Virus record (IMG/VR): IMGVR_UViG_3300030376_005041
Span: 1 to 35,976 of that record
Source of the DNA: a virus
Taxonomy: Duplodnaviria > Caudoviricetes
Direction: 5' to 3' (one strand)
Length of the DNA stretch: 35,976 nucleotides
The position numbers and the translations under genes are program-made. A model generated the notes under the pieces. The model saw only the letters and a program-made list of their open reading frames with translations, was not told the origin of the DNA and did not search any database. Of this stretch, positions 33,301 through 35,976 are shown in pieces. Every line of letters begins with the position of its first letter. The stretch's first letter is position 1.

Positions 33301-33512
33301 GCAACGTTTGACCATTGTATTTTCTTCAACCCGCCTCCGCTGTTTTCTTTAAATATAAGTTCATCAGCAGATGCTAGTGTTTCTGATTCAGTCTTGTCTC
33401 CAATAACACCGGACTGAACCGTTGCGTTGTTTACTAAATTATGGAAATCCGCTGGTTGAAGCGAAACCCCAGTTTGTAATTCATCGCTACTTTTAATTTG
33501 TATGTCCGGCAT
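30297..33512 (-). CDS. Tailspike with pectate-lyase-like beta-helix (putative depolymerase)
   Basis: IDVMAYGALGD, DFAACQKALD, VLFPAGFFKINKTL, VRGSG..STVI and repeated ITGN/FSGN/INGN helix rungs. Confidence 0.85.
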   Translation of the reverse strand: MPDIQIKSSDELQTGVSLQPADFHNLVNNATVQSGVIGDKTESETLASADELIFKENSGGGLKKIQWSNVASEVAADFSLQTSSVDEGKSDFYENWDTPNTAKTNLVSDGFLPISKAATSEHPVIDVMAYGALGDNTGTVVAQWLTGGTKSRGYANLAAIQTDYPWVESLFDTIDFAACQKALDVAWSKIKATYGLSEDITSSGALLAQTNSESELDKSRFARSVEVLFPAGFFKINKTLIVPPSCSVRGSGSGSTVIRYTGDRFSDDGTRQTNDYTDDVTVGGATTNLARKINKRKWKYYSDKTDYKVPLRINGMHAVMMVRDELKYTTANVTTGIYHAVGTVTAGGTLSTGASFLVNNGSGYANGATSIVYDNGSTQSATTFHAEGGSFYTSTNALSSSGTLTGGTLTNPFSNGYFEDGVDDNEKFYAQQSLTVATGGTNQRIYPGTKINFTSGAVFVVTDNEAAGSIALVGYLESGSIANNEVGTIDVYSSGYNPTGGEQAGDESLAGNKNRIQDMDAHITGIHFSGYVEDDTIGLWLPGFTHRNNRYSDLLFRGYKSFQSSDISGTPNNSSKGMFGIMLNNGSKDRARVKGVDLSFTGNTFEACYAGLITAGTSDGILFSGNHLKYNRFGVRLDGLHHTVSTNRFDGFSTDSQSEVPHRIGETAVYMRYPVGNIITGNSVEHHQRAFELYGTTNVNINGNSITVPDPTGRNATHDYTLGHGFVVYATGATYTYTDAGEGDSFKHNAGLLINGNNWTYNNFTNTAKSPLCIDEDANDKMVFGLASGNGSWPKSPTVETLLIKINGGTTVNQNFRFWLDDPNEKNKIHTAFTNVGISDWGSGGGQYASLQIKDMYGIARGTFSSVDGENIILLPNPKLNTADVSPMLSGNEFYLSLYKNKTSGGSSAIRIKAGATIAENGIVVSGGKLKMTTSLDHGLEAGDRIVMANVDTTSGNDSNFNKIHVVETIHSSTEFTTTTTSSPGTISVTTVGGWGYIYLPQKMVEAHGLNAAYYGTNAGAASDDTSLTNGVGLRDTVTLYFGTNAVVIKIFKRIVLDNTSAGDGHWIIME

Positions 33513-33520
33513 TGTGTTTT

Positions 33521-33691
33521 CTATTTAGCTGCTTCAGCAGATTTGTGTACTCCGTGGCGAACAAATATTGCGAGCAAACTTGTAATGCCCACGTTTATTG
33601 CTGCGCCTATTTCAAGATCACCAGTTAAATAACCAGCTATAGCGCCAATTACTCCAGTAATCCCAGTCCAGAACGTTTTTGATTTTAACAT
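33521..33691 (-). CDS. Holin-like two-TM membrane protein (56 aa, not in ORF track)
   Basis: MLKSKTFWTGITGVIGAIAGYLTGDLEIGAAINVGITSLLAIFVRHG... Confidence 0.65.
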   Translation of the reverse strand: MLKSKTFWTGITGVIGAIAGYLTGDLEIGAAINVGITSLLAIFVRHGVHKSAEAAK

Positions 33692-33693
33692 AA

Positions 33694-33813
33694 TTATTTC
33701 GTGTTTCGTTTATTAGACATTTTTAATTTTTGTCCAGTTTTAGCAGCAGCTTTTTTAGCTTTAGCCATTCCCTTTTTACCGTACCCGTATTTAGTTTTTC
33801 CAACAGTTGGCAT
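33694..33813 (-). CDS. Highly basic microprotein (39 aa)
   Basis: MPTVGKTKYGYGKKGMAKAKKAAAKTGQKLKMSNKRNTK; fills the operon gap exactly. Confidence 0.65.
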   Translation of the reverse strand: MPTVGKTKYGYGKKGMAKAKKAAAKTGQKLKMSNKRNTK

Positions 33814-33817
33814 AATT

Positions 33818-33952
33818 TTATTTTGTATTTCGTTTTTTCTTTGGAAAACCAGCTTTCATATTTGCGTAAGATTTTGCAGATATAGTTGATTTTTTCTTGG
33901 AACGACTTGTCCCTGCTCGTTTTCTTTTATTTATATTTTCGTATAAACTCAT
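33818..33952 (-). CDS. Highly basic microprotein (44 aa)
   Basis: MSLYENINKRKRAGTSRSKKKSTISAKSYANMKAGFPKKKRNTK. Confidence 0.65.
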   Translation of the reverse strand: MSLYENINKRKRAGTSRSKKKSTISAKSYANMKAGFPKKKRNTK

Positions 33953-33953
33953 A

Positions 33954-34226
33954 TTACCAGTTTTTACAAGACCAATAACGACTTGTTAATTTACTAGGCT
34001 TAGAATCGCATTTGTGTCTAGCTCGAAAACTTTTTCTTCTATCTGGATTGCTTTTTTTAATAGTCATATTAGCGTCACCATATCTAAGAGTTTTTTTCAC
34101 ACCGCCTTCTTGAGCCAAAACTACAAACTTTTTAACACCATAAGCTGGTTCACCTTTTTTAATTCTTTGAGGCGAATTTACTTTACTGGGTATCCCGGCT
34201 CTTTTTGGTGTTTTAACTTTAGCCAT
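33954..34226 (-). CDS. Conserved basic phage protein
   Basis: RYGDANM....NPDRRKSFRARHKC....TSRYWSCKNW, a pattern common in aquatic phages. Confidence 0.75.
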   Translation of the reverse strand: MAKVKTPKRAGIPSKVNSPQRIKKGEPAYGVKKFVVLAQEGGVKKTLRYGDANMTIKKSNPDRRKSFRARHKCDSKPSKLTSRYWSCKNW

Positions 34227-34374
34227 TGTTTTTTAACTTCATCGTTTTAATTATAATGTACACAAGAGTGGCAACAGATATTGCAACTTTTAATATCACA
34301 TCTATATCTAGTAACCATGAACTAAGCCCAGTTCCTGACGCTAGTGCCACTTTTATGTCATCGAAACCAATCAT
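34219..34374 (-). CDS. Holin-like small membrane protein (51 aa, not in ORF track)
   Basis: ...IDVILKVAISVATLVYIIIKTMKLKNNG: TM helix plus basic tail; overlaps both neighbours. Confidence 0.6.
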   Translation of the reverse strand: MIGFDDIKVALASGTGLSSWLLDIDVILKVAISVATLVYIIIKTMKLKNNG

Positions 34375-34610
34375 TTTTTATCTTTAGATTCTTTTGGTTT
34401 TTCTTCAAAAGAACTTTCCAATAAACTCATAAAGTGATTTCTCGCTCCAAGAGTTTGTTCCAAATTGAAGTTGATTGAACGTGCTTTATTGTCCAAATCA
34501 GCTACATGATTCACAAGCGTAACTTGCTCTGAGTTCAAGTCCGCTAAGTTATGTTCTTTCCCATTTATAGAAATGGTTTCCGTTTTTTTTGTCTCTGTTT
34601 TTGAGTCCAT
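34371..34610 (-). CDS. Small coiled-coil phage protein typically found after fibre genes
   Basis: ISINGKEHNLADLNSEQ...NHVADLDNK. ATG 34610 is preferred (4 nt after the upstream stop). Confidence 0.7.
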   Translation of the reverse strand: MDSKTETKKTETISINGKEHNLADLNSEQVTLVNHVADLDNKARSINFNLEQTLGARNHFMSLLESSFEEKPKESKDKK

Positions 34611-34614
34611 AAAA

Positions 34615-35232
34615 TTATTTAGCTGCTGTATTAACTGGTTCCATTGCACTTGCTAACATCTGTGTAAACTTAGCCATTCCCTCCGCTGGTTGGTTCTGTT
34701 TAGCACTAACTGACACATCATATTTTGCAGAAAAATCTGTGCTTCTAGTATTTGTAGATTTGCTTGATACAACTCCTGTGTGCGATTTTTCATGTGAAAA
34801 ACCAGCGCTTGCAGACACTCCCCAAAAACTACCACTAACATCTGCGTGTGCTTCTGTTTTGCTTGTGTCTGTTTGCGTATTCCCTTTTTCATCCACTTGA
34901 GATGTATGGGATTTTATTTCCATAGTAAAATCTATATCAACATCCTGGATAGATAAATTTGGAATCGTAACCATTGAAATTAATGGCATTTTTAACATTT
35001 GTTTTTGCGGTGATGTACGCCCCTCTATAAGACGTTCTACTTCCACATCAACAGTTCTTGCTTTTAATTTTTTTGTATCCGGATCAGTTTCAAAACCGAA
35101 CTCATTTATAAAATCCATCGTCACCATAGCTAAATCACGTTGTCCACGTGCGCTACTAACGAGCGGGTCGATTATCAAATTTTTCAAGGGAAGTCCCTGA
35201 AAATCTGCCAACTGTTCTGAATCTGCTGCCAT
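34615..35232 (-). CDS. DUF2589-like protein, long form
   Basis: FQGLPLKNLIIDPL...Q..LA..T.DFI..FGF, MPLISMVTIPNLSI..VDIDFTMEI, SAKYDVSVSA and PAEGMAK. Confidence 0.82.
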   Translation of the reverse strand: MAADSEQLADFQGLPLKNLIIDPLVSSARGQRDLAMVTMDFINEFGFETDPDTKKLKARTVDVEVERLIEGRTSPQKQMLKMPLISMVTIPNLSIQDVDIDFTMEIKSHTSQVDEKGNTQTDTSKTEAHADVSGSFWGVSASAGFSHEKSHTGVVSSKSTNTRSTDFSAKYDVSVSAKQNQPAEGMAKFTQMLASAMEPVNTAAK

Positions 35233-35606
35233 TACGGTATTATTTTTGTTAGTCCATCACCAATTCGCGCAAGTCCTTCAGCTTGATCGCAACCAGTAAA
35301 TTTTATTTTAACATTAGCCATTTTATTTTTTCTTAGTTTCCCAAAACATCCAGTAGCTTCTTTGTTAAAATTTAAATCTATTTCAAAATCTATTTCACAC
35401 TCCGCAATCTTGAGCGCGTTGTGTGGCACAAGTGAAAAAATAGGTACTTCAACGGACTTACCCCCCAACACAACTCCGATGGTCTTGGGTTTTCCATCTT
35501 CAAAATAAGTTTGCTGTATGTTTTCAATGTATTTCCCTTCAACTTCTTTTTGCGCTTGTACAACTGCTGAATACAACGAGTTAAATACGTCTGTTACCTT
35601 ATCCAT
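35232..35606 (-). CDS. DUF2589-like protein, short form
   Basis: AVVQAQ..V, YFEDGKP, VEVPIFSLVP..ALKI....IDFEI, IKF and AEGLARI; a paralogous pattern to its neighbour. Confidence 0.75.
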   Translation of the reverse strand: MDKVTDVFNSLYSAVVQAQKEVEGKYIENIQQTYFEDGKPKTIGVVLGGKSVEVPIFSLVPHNALKIAECEIDFEIDLNFNKEATGCFGKLRKNKMANVKIKFTGCDQAEGLARIGDGLTKIIP

Positions 35607-35976
35607 TCTTCAGTGCTTTAACTTCTGCACTTAGTTCTTGTACTGCTTTTAGTAGTGGAATGACAAGATTAGAATACTTAACTGCCAACTTCCCGTTCGC
35701 ACCTTCAGTAACCAGATCAAAGTCAACACCAGCTTCTGTCATAGCTGTCTGAACATCCTGTGCGATCAGACCAACATAGTTGGTGTCGTTGTCTTCTGGT
35801 CGTTCATCGGCTGGAACAGTCACAGTTTCATAAACAGCTTCTTGTGCTTCAACCGCTGGTGAAACTAATCTGCGTTCACTCGCAGGAGTTACTACAACTG
35901 TTTCAGTCCAAGCTTCTTTAGCTTTCTTAATAACAACTGTCTCAGTGCGTTCTTCTTCAGCGTGTTGAACAATTCT
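35599..35976 (-). CDS. Tail fibre C-terminus with intramolecular chaperone (peptidase S74-like); truncated at right edge
   Basis: Open from 35976; GLIAQDV...LAVKYSNLVIPLLKAVQELSAEVKALK. Confidence 0.88.
   Translation of the reverse strand, partial: RIVQHAEEERTETVVIKKAKEAWTETVVVTPASERRLVSPAVEAQEAVYETVTVPADERPEDNDTNYVGLIAQDVQTAMTEAGVDFDLVTEGANGKLAVKYSNLVIPLLKAVQELSAEVKALKNG

Noticed and set aside
1-35976. Complete circular genome, tRNAs, integrase, alternative genetic code
   Set aside because: The ends do not join in frame, no cloverleaf or recombinase motifs were seen, and long genes translate cleanly with the standard code.

Overview
The window is a nearly complete, circularly permuted genome of an uncultured short-tailed (podovirus-like) dsDNA phage, broken inside a tail-fibre gene (N-terminal part at 1-1348, C-terminal chaperone part at 35599-35976). 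The minus strand carries, in order: terS, a replication-origin-like gap, terL, a spanin-like pair, portal, scaffold, an N4-gp56-type capsid, tail fibre, a DUF2589-like pair, holin-like and small basic proteins, tailspike, adaptor, nozzle, three ejection proteins, then recombination, replication and methyltransferase genes. A block of small 'early-type' genes lies on the plus strand (9184-14395). I saw no integrase, DNA polymerase, helicase, tRNA or CRISPR array. The most notable observation is an ECF-type sigma factor module (sigma2 + sigma4) embedded in the 1942-aa virion ejection protein, together with three copies of an ECF-like promoter motif (GTAAG-N16/17-CGTAATA) upstream of early genes. 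This suggests a virion-delivered sigma factor that starts early transcription. Other highlights are a nested two-frame C5-methyltransferase, an iteron + DnaA-box origin next to a dif-like site, a DUF2589-like pair with a pore-former-like hairpin, a frameshift-split exonuclease and a structured intergenic RNA candidate. All family assignments come from motif recognition by eye, not from database searches.
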